From the NCBI RefSeq assembly GCF_054482595.1, contig NZ_CM137008.1: a stretch of DNA of 64,000 nt; one strand, written 5' to 3'. Position numbers and translations under genes: made by a program. The notes under the pieces were generated by a model. The model was not told the origin of the DNA. It ran no database searches and saw nothing but the letters and a program-made list of their open reading frames with translations. Each line of letters begins with the position of its first letter. The stretch's first letter is position 1. Below, in pieces: positions 31,830 through 43,907 of the stretch.

Positions 31830-33860
31830 TCACTGTTGCCCAGCCCAGATGACCAGCACTTTATCGTCGCCATGCTCACGAACAAAGCCGTAGCCCTGCT
31901 TCAGCGAAAGTGTCGTTTGTTTGCCCGCGCCAATTGCGGGATGACGGGCGCGGAACTGGCTGATTTTCTGCCAGTGCGCGACGCTGGTGGCAGATTTACC
32001 GCTAACATCCTGCCAGTTCATATCCGAACGCGTACCTTGCAGCGGATCAGAACCGGTAGGACCGAACGGACGCGAGGATTCATCACCATAAAAGATTTGT
32101 ACCGCGCCTGGCGCTAATAATAATAACTCTGCTGCTTTGTCGCCCCCTTCACGGAACAGGCGGGTATCATGCGACGAGAGGTAGCTCAACACGTTGAAAC
32201 CCTGCAATTTCTCCGCCATTTGCTGCCAGGTCGTATCCATCTGCGCCAGACAATCGACTGCTTTCGCCGCCTGCTCCTGATAATCGAAATTGATCATCGC
32301 ATCGAAGCCGTGGCGATAGTAGTCACTTTGCATCACGCCGTGGCCCCAGGCTTCACCGGTCATCCAGAAAGGTTTGTCATCTAATGCTTTGTCGGGGTTA
32401 GCTTTTTTCCATTCGCGAAGCGCGGCGCTGGCTTCGGTTTTCAGTTGCTGCCAGGCGGGCAACTCAACATGTTTGGCGGTATCGACTCGAAAACCATCAA
32501 TCCCATAGTCGCGGACCCACTGACTTAACCAGTGGGTTAAGTAATCGCGAGGGGTAAAGCCGTCGATGACTTTAGCGTGGGTATCCGTTTTGTTTTTATA
32601 GAACACCGGCAGACCAGAAGCGGTCGTTGATTCGGTTTTGATATCCGGCAAAAAGGCCAGCGACATAGTGAGATCGTCAAATCCAGGATTGTCGTAATCG
32701 CCGATATCCGTTCTGATCCAGTTTTTTCCCCACCATTTATCCCAGCCTGTTTTGTCGCTGAAATTAATGTAATCGTTAAAGCTATGCCAGGTTTGCCCGG
32801 CGGCAGGTTTCCAGTCACTCCAGCGTTCACCCAGCGTTTTTTTCAGCTCGTCACCAGAAAGATATAACGCGCCAAACTGATACTCCTGCATATCCGCCAG
32901 CGTGGCATAGCCGGTGTGGTTCATCACGACATCAAAGAGAATACGAATACCGCGCTGATGCGCGCTATCAACCAGCGTCCGTAGATCGGCTTCGTTGCCC
33001 ATATTGGCATCAAGATTCGTCCAGTCCTGTGTGTAATAACCGTGGTAGGCATAATGCGGGAAATCACCTTTTGTACCGCCGCCGACCCAGCCGTGAATTT
33101 GCTCAAATGGGGCGCTTATCCACAAAGCATTGACGCCCAGCTGCTGGAGATAATCCAGTTTGTTGGTCAGGCCGCGTAAATCGCCGCCGTGAAAAGTACC
33201 TATTTCCGCCATACCGTCTTTATGACGTCCGTAACTCTGGTCATTACTGGGATCGCCGTTTTCGAAACGATCTGTCAGCACAAAGTAAACCGTGGCGTTA
33301 TGCCAGTCGAAAGGGGCAGGGGCGTCAGTTTCTGCCCGTTCCAGCAGGAGTAAACCGTTGCTGGTGGCAGCGGGTTGTAACGTTATTTGACCGTTCTTCA
33401 CTATCGCAATTTGCTGGCTGTAATAATCCCGTACGGCGGCTCCTTCCGGAAAAGTGGCGCTGACATCCAGCGTGAGCGGTAATCCATCCCATTTCGGGCA
33501 TACACGGACCTGGCTTGCTACCGGTTCGGCGGCGTTCTGGATGGAAATCATCAATGTTGGCGTGCCGGAGCGGGTGTCTATTTGCAGCGTATATTCGCCG
33601 TCCCTGAACAATCGCCATTGAGGCGGCGTGTTGCTACAAGGTTGCAGGGAAAGCATCTGATTGAGTTTTATCGCATCCGCAGGCTGCCAGCACTGTTGGT
33701 CAAAATTTAGCGTTAGTGGACGCGTACCTTTGGGCAACTGCGCGTGGCTGACAAATGTTCCCGTTCCCTGTTCACTAAAGGCAGGGAACCCCGGAGAAGT
33801 CCAGCTGGCGGCAACGGCGAAGCCAGGAAGGAGTGTCAGAAAACAGGCGGCGAGTTTCAT
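31830..33860 (-). CDS. malS: Periplasmic alpha-amylase
   Basis: 676-aa ORF with signal peptide (MKLAACFLTLLPGFAVAASW) and GH13 motifs (GFRVDTAKH, DVVMNH). Confidence 0.95.
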   Translation of the reverse strand: MKLAACFLTLLPGFAVAASWTSPGFPAFSEQGTGTFVSHAQLPKGTRPLTLNFDQQCWQPADAIKLNQMLSLQPCSNTPPQWRLFRDGEYTLQIDTRSGTPTLMISIQNAAEPVASQVRVCPKWDGLPLTLDVSATFPEGAAVRDYYSQQIAIVKNGQITLQPAATSNGLLLLERAETDAPAPFDWHNATVYFVLTDRFENGDPSNDQSYGRHKDGMAEIGTFHGGDLRGLTNKLDYLQQLGVNALWISAPFEQIHGWVGGGTKGDFPHYAYHGYYTQDWTNLDANMGNEADLRTLVDSAHQRGIRILFDVVMNHTGYATLADMQEYQFGALYLSGDELKKTLGERWSDWKPAAGQTWHSFNDYINFSDKTGWDKWWGKNWIRTDIGDYDNPGFDDLTMSLAFLPDIKTESTTASGLPVFYKNKTDTHAKVIDGFTPRDYLTHWLSQWVRDYGIDGFRVDTAKHVELPAWQQLKTEASAALREWKKANPDKALDDKPFWMTGEAWGHGVMQSDYYRHGFDAMINFDYQEQAAKAVDCLAQMDTTWQQMAEKLQGFNVLSYLSSHDTRLFREGGDKAAELLLLAPGAVQIFYGDESSRPFGPTGSDPLQGTRSDMNWQDVSGKSATSVAHWQKISQFRARHPAIGAGKQTTLSLKQGYGFVREHGDDKVLVIWAGQQ

Positions 33861-34179
33861 GGCGGATGAGTCCTTATTGCTGCGATTTCAGACAGTTTGC
33901 CAGCGATAAGCCATACAAAACTCATCCCTGAGCGGTAAGTCCACAGGATGAGAAGCAAGGGTGAGCGATCTCGCGCAAAAAACGGCTGAATTTTGCGATA
34001 AACCCCACATTTTCTGCGATTTAGCGCCAATCTGAATCGTTAACACGTGACATAGTTTCAGATTTGGACTATTCCTTGGGGTGCTCTTGACAGCTATTTT
34101 TGATATGATTTGAGATTCAACTCTCAAATTTGTGAAAAATATAAGGTGTTGGAATGATTAAATCCGACCAGGAGACCTG

Positions 34180-35004
34180 ATGATTTTGACTCCCATACGA
34201 CGATATGGGGCGATGATTCTTATGTTACTCACTCTGGTGTTTTCGAGTGAGGTGTTAGCGAAGACGCACACAACAACAGCGAGTCAAAAGTCCCACTTAA
34301 CTAAAGCTAGTAATAAACAGGTAAGCAGTAAACAAGAGTATTCTCGCAATAGTGCAAAGAGTAGTTCACTTCCTGATTTGCGAAAATACCCTTCCGGAAC
34401 ACCAAGGAAAAAGGCGTTTCTCCGGACCGTAATGCCTTACATTACCAGCCAAAATGCAGCCATTACTGCAGAACGTAACTGGCTGATTTCAAAACAGTAT
34501 CAGGGCCAATGGTCACCTGCTGAGCGTGCGCGTCTGAAAGACATCGCCAAACGCTACAAGGTGAAGTGGTCTGGTAATACGCGAAAAATCCCGTGGAATA
34601 CCTTGCTTGAACGCGTAGACATTATCCCTACCAGTATGGTGGCGACGATGGCTGCAGCAGAAAGCGGTTGGGGAACGTCGAAGCTGGCGCGCAACAACAA
34701 CAATCTTTTCGGCATGAAATGCATGAAAGGACGTTGTACCAATGCGCCGGGTAAAGTGAAAGGGTACTCACAGTTTAGTTCTGTCAAAGAATCGGTGAGC
34801 GCCTATGTCACTAACCTCAATACGCATCCGGCTTACTCTTCGTTCCGTAAATCGCGTGCGCAGCTGCGTAAAGCTGATCAGGAAGTGACTGCCACAGCGA
34901 TGATTCACAAGCTGAAGGGCTACTCGACCAAAGGGAAGAGTTATAACAACTACCTGTTCGCAATGTACCAGGATAACCAACGGTTAATCGCGGCGCATAT
35001 GTAA
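34180..35004 (+). CDS. bax: Bax protein (glucosaminidase-like domain)
   Basis: 274-aa ORF; SD ggaga; conserved position between malS and xylR. Confidence 0.85.
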   Translation: MILTPIRRYGAMILMLLTLVFSSEVLAKTHTTTASQKSHLTKASNKQVSSKQEYSRNSAKSSSLPDLRKYPSGTPRKKAFLRTVMPYITSQNAAITAERNWLISKQYQGQWSPAERARLKDIAKRYKVKWSGNTRKIPWNTLLERVDIIPTSMVATMAAAESGWGTSKLARNNNNLFGMKCMKGRCTNAPGKVKGYSQFSSVKESVSAYVTNLNTHPAYSSFRKSRAQLRKADQEVTATAMIHKLKGYSTKGKSYNNYLFAMYQDNQRLIAAHM

Positions 35005-35017
35005 TTGTATTTCCTCG

Positions 35018-35098
35018 AGCCTTATCCGACTTGTCGGTCGGATAAGGCTTTTGATCGCATCAGGTGGTTGTGCTGAGTTACCTGATGCGACGCCGACA
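35018..35098. terminator. REP-like hairpins, probable bidirectional terminator between bax and xylR
   Basis: Perfect palindrome gccttatccgac-ttgtc-ggtcggataaggc followed by gcatcaggt...acctgatgc. Confidence 0.6.
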
Positions 35099-35111
35099 AT
35101 TCTCATCATCG

Positions 35112-36290
35112 CTACAACATGACCTCGCTATTTACATCGCGATACTCTTTTGGCGTCGTGTCATATGCTTTTTTAAAAACAGAGTAGAAATATTGCAGCG
35201 ATGGATAACCGCACATTTGCGATATCTCATTGATCGACAAGGTGGTTGAAATCAGCAGACTGCGCGCTTTCTCCAGCTTCTCGGCATGAATCATGGCATG
35301 GATGGTTTCACCCACCTCTTCTTTAAAACGCTTCTCAAGATTGGAGCGCGAGATCCCGACCGCATCGAGTACCTGATCCACTTTAATCCCTTTACAGGCG
35401 TGATTACGAATGTAATGCATGGCCTGAATAACGGCGGGATCGGTCAGCGAACGGTAATCTGTTGAGCGCCGTTCAATGACGCGAACTGGAGGGACCAAAA
35501 TCCGCTGTAGCGGCATTTCTTCTTTATCTAATAATCGATGCAACAGTTTTGCCGCCTGATAGCCCATTTGCCGCGCGCCCTGAGCGACCGAAGAAAGGGC
35601 GACACGCGACAGATAGCGGGTCAGTTCTTCGTTATCGATGCCAATCACGCATAATTTTTCCGGTACGGGAATGTGTAGATGTTCACATACTTGCAGAATA
35701 TGCCGCGCCCGGGCGTCAGTAACGGCAATAATCCCGGTTTGCGGTGGCAGCGTTTGTAGCCAGTCTGCCAGCCGATTTTGCGCGTGTTGCCAGTTCTCTG
35801 GTGCGGTTTCTAACCCCTGATAAACCACTCCGCGATACTTTTCTTCGGCGACAAGCTGACGAAATGCATATTCGCGTTCAGTGGCCCAACGTTTGCCGCT
35901 TGATTCCGGAAGACCATAAAAAGCAAAGCGGTTAACGCCTTTCTCTTTTAAATGCAAAAATGCGCTTTCAACCAGCGCATAGTTATCGGTGGCAATGTAA
36001 TGAACGGGTGGGTAACTTTCTGCAAGGTGATACGAGCCGCCAACCCCAACAATGGGGACGTCGACATCAGCCAGCGCTTGCTCGATTTGTTTGTCGTCGA
36101 AGTCGGCAATGACGCCATCTCCTAACCAGTCCTTGATTTTATCAATGCGGGCGCGGAAATCTTCTTCAATGAAAATATCCCATTCCGATTGTGACGCCTG
36201 TAAATATTCCCCTACGCCTTCTACTACCTGCCGGTCATAGGCTTTATTGGCATTGAACAGTAATGTGATGCGGTGACGTTTAGTAAACAT
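35112..36290 (-). CDS. xylR: Xylose operon transcriptional activator (AraC family with periplasmic-binding-protein-like domain)
   Basis: 392-aa ORF, MFTKRHRITLLFNANKAYDRQVVEGVGEYL..., C-terminal AraC HTH. Confidence 0.95.
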   Translation of the reverse strand: MFTKRHRITLLFNANKAYDRQVVEGVGEYLQASQSEWDIFIEEDFRARIDKIKDWLGDGVIADFDDKQIEQALADVDVPIVGVGGSYHLAESYPPVHYIATDNYALVESAFLHLKEKGVNRFAFYGLPESSGKRWATEREYAFRQLVAEEKYRGVVYQGLETAPENWQHAQNRLADWLQTLPPQTGIIAVTDARARHILQVCEHLHIPVPEKLCVIGIDNEELTRYLSRVALSSVAQGARQMGYQAAKLLHRLLDKEEMPLQRILVPPVRVIERRSTDYRSLTDPAVIQAMHYIRNHACKGIKVDQVLDAVGISRSNLEKRFKEEVGETIHAMIHAEKLEKARSLLISTTLSINEISQMCGYPSLQYFYSVFKKAYDTTPKEYRDVNSEVML

Positions 36291-36367
36291 GGTTCTTTTC
36301 CTGCTGAATCATGCAAAAACTCAAAACCGGTAATACGTTACCGGCTTTGAGAAAATTTTTATCAAAA

Positions 36368-37549
36368 TCAAGAACGGCGTTTGGTTGCGGAGTCCATCCA
36401 TACTGCCAGCAACAGAATCGCACCTTTAACGATATACTGCCAGAAGGTCGGTACATCCATCATACTCATACCGTTATCCAGTGAAGCCATGATGAATGCC
36501 CCCATTACCGCTCCAGCCACGCTCCCGACGCCGCCTGCCAGACTGGTGCCGCCAATCACGCATGCTGCAATTGCGTCCAGCTCGGCGATATTCCCCGCAG
36601 AAGGTGAACCAGCGCCAAGTCGAGAACTGAGGATTAATCCGGCGATGGCTACCATTAATCCGTTAATAGCGAACACGGCAAGTTTGGTGCGTTCAACGTT
36701 AATCCCGGAGAGACGTGCTGCTTCCAGATTGCCGCCGATGGCATAAATGCGTCGTCCAAATGCTGTCCGCGTTGCCATAAACATTCCGCCGAGTAACAGC
36801 AACGTCAGCAGCAGAACAGGAGTGGGAACGCCACGATAATCATTCAACAGCCAGATTGCGCCTAATACGATGATAGCGGTTAAAGCCTGGCGACCGACTA
36901 CTGCGGTAGAGGCCGGAGACTGCAAACCCAAAGCCTGACGGCGCATTCTTCCGCGCCATTGCCAACCAACAAAAGCCATTAAGCCAAGCGCGCCAATGAT
37001 GAAGCCGGTGCTGGCGGGGAGATAGCTTTGCCCAATTTGTGACATCGCGGCGCTGGTGGGGGATACTGTCGTGCCGTTGGTGATGCCAATGAGTATGCCG
37101 CGAAATGCCAACATGCCCGCGAGGGTGACAATAAATGAAGGAACTTTACGATACGCGACCCACCATCCGTTCCAGGCACCGAGAAGCAGTCCCAGAACCA
37201 GCGTCACAATGATGGTAAGTGGTAAAGGCCAGCCTAGCCAGACGTCACAAATCGCCGCGACGCCACCTAATAGCCCCATCATTGAGCCGACGGAAAGGTC
37301 GATTTCAGCAGAAATTATGACGAACACCATTCCTACCGCGAGGATGCCGGTAATCGCGGTCTGGCGTAACAGGTTGGAGACGTTACGGGCGCTTAAGTAG
37401 GCACCATCGGTGGTCCAGGTAAAGAACAGCATGATTGCGATGATAGCTGCAATCATCACGAAGACCTGCAAATTCAGTGATTTCAGCCCGGAGAAGCCAC
37501 CGGATGTCGGTACGGCCAATTTCACTTCAGACGGATTGCTTTTCGACAT
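36368..37549 (-). CDS. xylH: Xylose ABC transporter permease
   Basis: 393-aa polytopic membrane ORF downstream of xylG. Confidence 0.95.
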
Positions 37550-39068
37550 GATGTTCGCTCCTCAATGCGGCTTCCATCACCTGCTCCTGAGTCAGGTTAT
37601 GATTTATCAGGTTGGCTTTTAGTTTCCCTTCATGCATCACTAGTACACGATCGCTAAGGCCGAGCACTTCAGGTAATTCAGAAGAGATGACAATAACGGC
37701 AATACCCTGCTGGACGAGTTGGTTAATTAATTTGTAGATCTCGTATTTCGCGCCAATATCGATACCCCTGGTGGGTTCATCAAGAATGAGAATGCGCGGG
37801 TTAAGTAACAGACAGCGAGCGAGGATCGCTTTTTGCTGATTGCCGCCGCTCAAACGTCCAATAGCAAGGTCGGGGGACGACGTTTTAACTTTGAGTTGCT
37901 GGATTGATTCCAGAATACATTTTTGCTCTGCCGCGTCATCAAGCTGGCTAATGCCACCGGTAAATTTATTGAGTGCGGCGAGGGTAATATTTTTACCAAC
38001 CGCCATTACCGGAACGATGCCGTCGCGCTTTCTGTCTTCGGGGACCATCGCAATCCCCTGGGCGATGGCTTGCTGACAGTTACGAATATCTACCTGTTTG
38101 CCATCAATATAAATTTTTCCTTCCCATTGTCCGGGCCACACACCAAACAGGCACTGAATGGTCTCGGTACGTCCGGCACCAACGAGTCCGGCAATACCCA
38201 GTATTTCGCCACGTTTCAGGGAAAACGAGACATCATTAACTCGTTTAATATGACGATTAACCGGATGCCATGCCGTCAGATGTTCAATACGTAATATTTC
38301 ATCTCCGGTGGTATGTGGTTCATTAGGGTAAAGCGCGGTTAACTCTCGCCCGACCATCATGGTGATAATATCGTCTTCACTCATTCCGGCAGCATCACGC
38401 GTACCAATGTGCTGTCCGTCGCGAATAACGCAAATCGTATCGGAAATCGCTTTGACTTCGTTGAGTTTGTGCGAAATATAAATACAGGCGATACCGTGCT
38501 GTTGTAGATCGCGAATAATATCCAGTAAAACCGACGTTTCCTGCTCAGTTAATGAGGCTGTCGGTTCATCGAGAATTAACAAGCGCACCTGTTTATTAAG
38601 TGCCTTGGCAATTTCAACCAGTTGTTGTTGCCCAAGCCCTAAATCGCCAACGCGGGTATCAGGTGAAATGGATAAACTGACCTGTGCGAGCAGCTTCTGA
38701 CAGCGTAGCGTCATCAGGTCATAATCCATAATGCCATTGTGGGTTATTTCGTTACCCAGGAAGATATTTTCCAGCACGGTCAATTCTTTCACCAGGGCCA
38801 ATTCCTGGTGAATGATGGCGATACCTTTGCGTTCGGTATCGCGGATGTGACTCGCCTGAATCTCTTCTCCCGCAAAAATAATTTCGCCTTCGTAGGAGCC
38901 ATGGGGATAAATACCACACAGCACTTTCATCAGCGTTGATTTACCAGACCCATTTTCCCCACAGAGTGAGACGATTTCGCCAGCATTCAACCGCAAGCTG
39001 ACGTTATCAATCGCCTTCACACTGCCGAAGGTTTTGGTAATGTTCTTCATTTCAAGTAGATAAGGCAT
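37527..39068 (-). CDS. xylG: Xylose ABC transporter ATP-binding protein (tandem ABC domains)
   Basis: 513-aa ORF with two Walker A motifs ([18 protein letters not shown]); 23-nt overlap with xylH. Confidence 0.95.
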
Positions 39069-39145
39069 AACGACTCCACCTAAGCCAATTCATTCACGCG
39101 GCATGGAGAGAAATCACGCCCCCGCTCCGCGCTGGGGCGTAACGC

Positions 39146-40138
39146 TTACAACTCGCTCTCTTTGTGGAATCCGTCTTTAATTACCGTATCTTTGATGTTG
39201 TTTTTATTCACATCTATCGGTGTCAGGAGGCGGGAGGGGACATCTTTCAAGCCATTATTCAGTGAGGTATCTGCTTTTGGCTCCTGACCATTGCCCAACT
39301 CAACGGCAATTTCTGCGGCAGTATTTGCCAGCAATGTAATAGGTTTATATACCGTCATAGTTTGCGTACCGGCAGCAATACGTTTAATACCTGCGAGATC
39401 CGCATCCTGGCCGGAAATTGCTACTTTCCCTGATAAACCTTGCGCGCTTAATGCCTGAATTGCCCCACCTGCGGTGGCATCGTTTGAGGCAACTACAGCA
39501 TCAATTTTGTTATTATTGGCGGTTAGCGCGTTTTCCATAATTTTCAATGCGTTTTCCGGTAACCAGCCATCAACCCATTGGTCACCAACGACTTTAATTT
39601 TTCCGGAATCAACGTAAGGTTTTAACACTTTCATTTGTCCGGCGCGGAACAGCTTGGCGTTGTTATCTACCGGCGAGCCGCCCATCAGGAAGTAATTACC
39701 TTGTGGAACAATATCGACCAGGGCTTTTGCCTGCAGTTCACCGACTTTTTCGTTATCGAAAGAAATATAAAAATCGATATCCGCATCGTTAATCATACGG
39801 TCGTAAGCTAATACTTTAATGCCTTCTTGTTTGGCTTCTTTTACAACGTTACTTAATACCTGACCGTTATACGGAATAATGACAAGAACATCGACACCCC
39901 GGTTTATCATGTTTTCAATCTGCGACATTTGTGTTTCTTCATTGCCATTTGCAGACTGTACAAATACTTTCGCGCCGAGAGATTCTGCCTTTTTCACAAA
40001 GATATCTCGATCTTTTTGCCAGCGTTCAAGACGGAGATCATCAATCGCCATACCTATTTTGACTTCTTTGGCGTGTGCAGCAACGTTGGTAAGCAGGAGT
40101 GAGGTGCAAAGGGTGAGTAGAATGTTCTTTATTTTCAT
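39146..40138 (-). CDS. xylF: D-xylose-binding periplasmic protein
   Basis: Start at MKIKNILLTLCTSLLLTNVAAHA (signal peptide), 330 aa; the ORF-track N-terminal extension is rejected. Confidence 0.95.
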   Translation of the reverse strand: MKIKNILLTLCTSLLLTNVAAHAKEVKIGMAIDDLRLERWQKDRDIFVKKAESLGAKVFVQSANGNEETQMSQIENMINRGVDVLVIIPYNGQVLSNVVKEAKQEGIKVLAYDRMINDADIDFYISFDNEKVGELQAKALVDIVPQGNYFLMGGSPVDNNAKLFRAGQMKVLKPYVDSGKIKVVGDQWVDGWLPENALKIMENALTANNNKIDAVVASNDATAGGAIQALSAQGLSGKVAISGQDADLAGIKRIAAGTQTMTVYKPITLLANTAAEIAVELGNGQEPKADTSLNNGLKDVPSRLLTPIDVNKNNIKDTVIKDGFHKESEL

Positions 40139-40503
40139 GGTGTAGGGCCTTCTGTAGTTAGAGGACAGCTTTAATAAGTAACAATCACCGCGATAAACGT
40201 AACCAATTTTTAGCAACTAAACAGGGGAAAACAATTACAGATTTTTATCTTTCGATTACGATTTTTGGTTTATTTCTTGATTTATGACCGAGATCTTACT
40301 TTTGTTGCGCAATTGTACTTATTGCATTTTTCTCTTCGAGGAATTACCCAGTTTCATCATTCCATTTTATTTTGCGAGCGAGCGCACACTTGTGAATTAT
40401 CTCAATAGCAGTGTGAAATAACATAATTGAGCAACTGAAAGGGAGTGCCCAATATTACGACATCATCCATCACCCGCGGCATTACCTGATTATGGAGTTC
40501 AAT
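40139..40503. promoter_or_regulatory. Divergent xylFGH / xylAB promoter region with XylR and CRP binding sites
   Basis: Intergenic region between divergent xylF and xylA; repeated tgtgaa motifs (tgtgaattatctcaatagcagtgtgaaataacataattga) upstream of xylA; individual site boundaries not resolved. Confidence 0.6.
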
Positions 40504-41826
40504 ATGCAAGCCTATTTTGACCAGCTCGATCGCGTTCGTTATGAAGGCTCAAAATCCTCAAACCCGTTAGCATTCCGTCACTACAATCCCGACGAACTGG
40601 TGTTGGGCAAGCGTATGGAAGAGCACTTGCGATTTGCCGCCTGCTACTGGCACACCTTCTGCTGGAACGGGGCGGATATGTTTGGTGTGGGGGCGTTTAA
40701 TCGTCCGTGGCAGCAGCCTGGTGAGGCACTGGCGTTGGCGAAGCGTAAAGCAGATGTCGCATTTGAGTTTTTCCACAAGTTACATGTGCCATTTTATTGC
40801 TTCCACGATGTGGATGTTTCTCCTGAGGGCGCGTCGTTAAAAGAGTACATCAATAATTTTGCGCAAATGGTTGATGTTCTGGCAGGCAAGCAAGAAGAGA
40901 GCGGCGTGAAGCTGCTGTGGGGAACCGCTAACTGCTTTACAAACCCTCGCTATGGCGCGGGTGCGGCGACGAACCCAGATCCAGAAGTCTTCAGCTGGGC
41001 GGCAACGCAAGTTGTTACAGCGATGGAAGCAACCCATAAATTGGGTGGTGAAAACTATGTCCTGTGGGGCGGTCGTGAAGGTTACGAAACGCTGTTAAAT
41101 ACCGATTTGCGTCAGGAGCGTGAACAACTGGGCCGCTTTATGCAAATGGTGGTTGAGCATAAACATAAAATCGGCTTCCAGGGCACGTTGCTTATCGAAC
41201 CGAAACCGCAAGAACCGACTAAACATCAATATGATTACGATGCTGCGACAGTCTATGGCTTCCTGAAACAGTTTGGTCTGGAAAAAGAGATTAAACTGAA
41301 CATTGAAGCTAACCACGCGACGCTGGCAGGTCACTCTTTCCATCATGAAATTGCCACCGCCATTGCGCTTGGCCTGTTTGGTTCTGTCGACGCCAACCGT
41401 GGCGATGCTCAACTGGGCTGGGACACCGATCAGTTCCCGAACAGTGTGGAAGAGAATGCGCTGGTAATGTATGAAATTCTCAAAGCAGGCGGTTTCACCA
41501 CCGGCGGTCTGAACTTCGATGCCAAAGTACGTCGTCAAAGTACTGATAAATATGATCTGTTTTACGGTCATATCGGCGCGATGGATACGATGGCACTGGC
41601 GCTGAAAATTGCAGCGCGCATGATTGAAGATGGCGAGCTGGATAAACGCATCGCGCAGCGTTATTCCGGCTGGAATAGCGAATTAGGCCAGCAAATCCTG
41701 AAAGGCCAAATGTCACTGGCAGATTTAGCCAAATATGCTCAGGAACATAATTTGTCTCCGGTGCATCAGAGTGGTCGCCAGGAGCAACTGGAAAATCTGG
41801 TAAATCATTATCTGTTCGACAAATAA
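40504..41826 (+). CDS. xylA: Xylose isomerase
   Basis: Start at [28 protein letters not shown] (440 aa) after SD ggag. Confidence 0.95.
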
Positions 41827-41897
41827 CGGCTAACTGTGCAGTCCGTTGGCCCGGTTATCGGTAGCGATACCGGGCATTTTTTTAAGGAACGATCGAT

Positions 41898-43352
41898 ATG
41901 TATATCGGGATAGATCTTGGCACCTCGGGCGTAAAAGTTATTTTGCTTAACGAGCAGGGTGAGGTGGTTGCTTCGCAAACGGAAAAGCTGACCGTTTCGC
42001 GCCCGCATCCACTCTGGTCGGAACAAGACCCGGAACAGTGGTGGCAGGCAACTGATCGCGCAATGAAAGCTCTGGGCGATCAGCATTCTCTGCAGGACGT
42101 TAAAGCATTGGGTATTGCCGGCCAGATGCACGGAGCAACCTTACTGGATGCTCAACAACGGGTATTGCGCCCTGCCATTTTGTGGAACGACGGGCGCTGT
42201 GCGCAAGAGTGCACTTTGCTGGAAGCGAGAGTTCCGCAATCACGAGTGATTACCGGCAACCTGATGATGCCCGGATTTACTGCGCCTAAATTGCTATGGG
42301 TTCAGCGGCATGAGCCGGAGATATTCCGTCAAATCGACAAAGTATTATTACCGAAAGATTACTTGCGTCTGCGTATGACGGGGGAGTTTGCCAGCGATAT
42401 GTCTGACGCAGCTGGCACCATGTGGCTGGATGTCGCAAAGCGTGACTGGAGTGACGTCATGCTGCAGGCTTGCGACTTATCTCGTGACCAGATGCCCGCA
42501 TTATACGAAGGCAGCGAAATTACTGGTGCTTTGTTACCTGAAGTTGCGAAAGCGTGGGGTATGGCGACGGTGCCAGTTGTCGCAGGCGGTGGCGACAATG
42601 CAGCTGGTGCAGTTGGTGTGGGAATGGTTGATGCTAATCAGGCAATGTTATCGCTGGGGACGTCGGGGGTCTATTTTGCTGTCAGCGAAGGGTTCTTAAG
42701 CAAGCCAGAAAGCGCCGTACACAGCTTTTGCCATGCGCTACCGCAGCGTTGGCATTTAATGTCTGTAATGCTGAGTGCAGCGTCGTGTCTGGATTGGGCC
42801 GCGAAATTAACCGGCCTGAGCAATGTCCCAGCTTTAATCGCTGCAGCTCAACAGGCTGATGAAAGTGCCGAGCCAGTTTGGTTTCTGCCTTATCTTTCCG
42901 GCGAGCGTACACCACACAATAATCCCCAGGCGAAAGGGGTTTTCTTTGGTTTGACTCATCAACATGGCCCCAATGAACTGGCGCGAGCAGTGCTGGAAGG
43001 CGTGGGTTATGCGCTGGCAGATGGCATGGATGTCGTGCATGCCTGCGGCATTAAACCGCAAAGTGTTACGTTGATTGGTGGCGGGGCGCGTAGTGAGTAC
43101 TGGCGTCAGATGCTGGCGGATATCAGCGGTCAGCAGCTCGATTACCGTACGGGGGGGGATGTGGGGCCAGCACTGGGCGCAGCAAGGCTGGCGCAGATTG
43201 CGGCGAATCCAGAGAAATCGCTCATTGAGTTGTTGCCGCAGCTACCGTTAGAACAGTCGCATCTACCAGATGCGCAGCGTTATGCCGCTTATCAGCCACG
43301 ACGTGAAACATTCCGTCGCCTCTATCAGCAACTTCTGCCATTAATGGCGTAA
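41898..43352 (+). CDS. xylB: Xylulokinase
   Basis: 484-aa ORF, MYIGIDLGTSGVKVILLNEQGEVVA... (FGGY kinase N-terminal motif). Confidence 0.95.
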   Translation: MYIGIDLGTSGVKVILLNEQGEVVASQTEKLTVSRPHPLWSEQDPEQWWQATDRAMKALGDQHSLQDVKALGIAGQMHGATLLDAQQRVLRPAILWNDGRCAQECTLLEARVPQSRVITGNLMMPGFTAPKLLWVQRHEPEIFRQIDKVLLPKDYLRLRMTGEFASDMSDAAGTMWLDVAKRDWSDVMLQACDLSRDQMPALYEGSEITGALLPEVAKAWGMATVPVVAGGGDNAAGAVGVGMVDANQAMLSLGTSGVYFAVSEGFLSKPESAVHSFCHALPQRWHLMSVMLSAASCLDWAAKLTGLSNVPALIAAAQQADESAEPVWFLPYLSGERTPHNNPQAKGVFFGLTHQHGPNELARAVLEGVGYALADGMDVVHACGIKPQSVTLIGGGARSEYWRQMLADISGQQLDYRTGGDVGPALGAARLAQIAANPEKSLIELLPQLPLEQSHLPDAQRYAAYQPRRETFRRLYQQLLPLMA

Positions 43353-43520
43353 ACGTTATCCCCTGCCTGACCGGGTGGGGGATAATTCACATCTATATAT
43401 CTCAGCAATTAATTAATATTTAGTATGAATTTATTCTGAAAATCATTTGTTAATGGCATTTTTCAGTTTTGTCTTTCGTTGGTTACTCGTAATGTATCGC
43501 TGGTAGATATGGAGATCGTT

Positions 43521-43862
43521 ATGAAAACCTCAAAAACTGTGGCAAAACTATTATTTGTTGTCGGGGCGCTGGTTTATCTGGTTGGGCTATGGATCTCATG
43601 CCCATTGTTGAGTGGAAAAGGCTATTTTCTTGGCGTGTTAATGACAGCAACTTTTGGCAACTATGCATATCTTCGCGCAGAAAAACTCGGGCAACTGGAT
43701 AATTTTTTTACCCATATTTGCCAGTTAGTTGCGTTAATCACTATCGGTCTCTTGTTTATCGGTGTTTTAAATGCACCTATCAATGCTTATGAAATGGTGA
43801 TCTACCCCATCGCCTTTTTTGTCTGCTTGTTTGGTCAAATGCGTTTGTTTCGCTCGGTATGA
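43521..43862 (+). CDS. yiaB: Small inner-membrane protein
   Basis: Start at MKTSKTVAKLLFVVGALVYLVGLW after SD ggag (113 aa); paralogous to yiaA. Confidence 0.8.
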   Translation: MKTSKTVAKLLFVVGALVYLVGLWISCPLLSGKGYFLGVLMTATFGNYAYLRAEKLGQLDNFFTHICQLVALITIGLLFIGVLNAPINAYEMVIYPIAFFVCLFGQMRLFRSV

Positions 43863-43907
43863 GCAACATAAAGCTCTTACACATTCAGGAATGAAAGGAA
43901 TACTGTG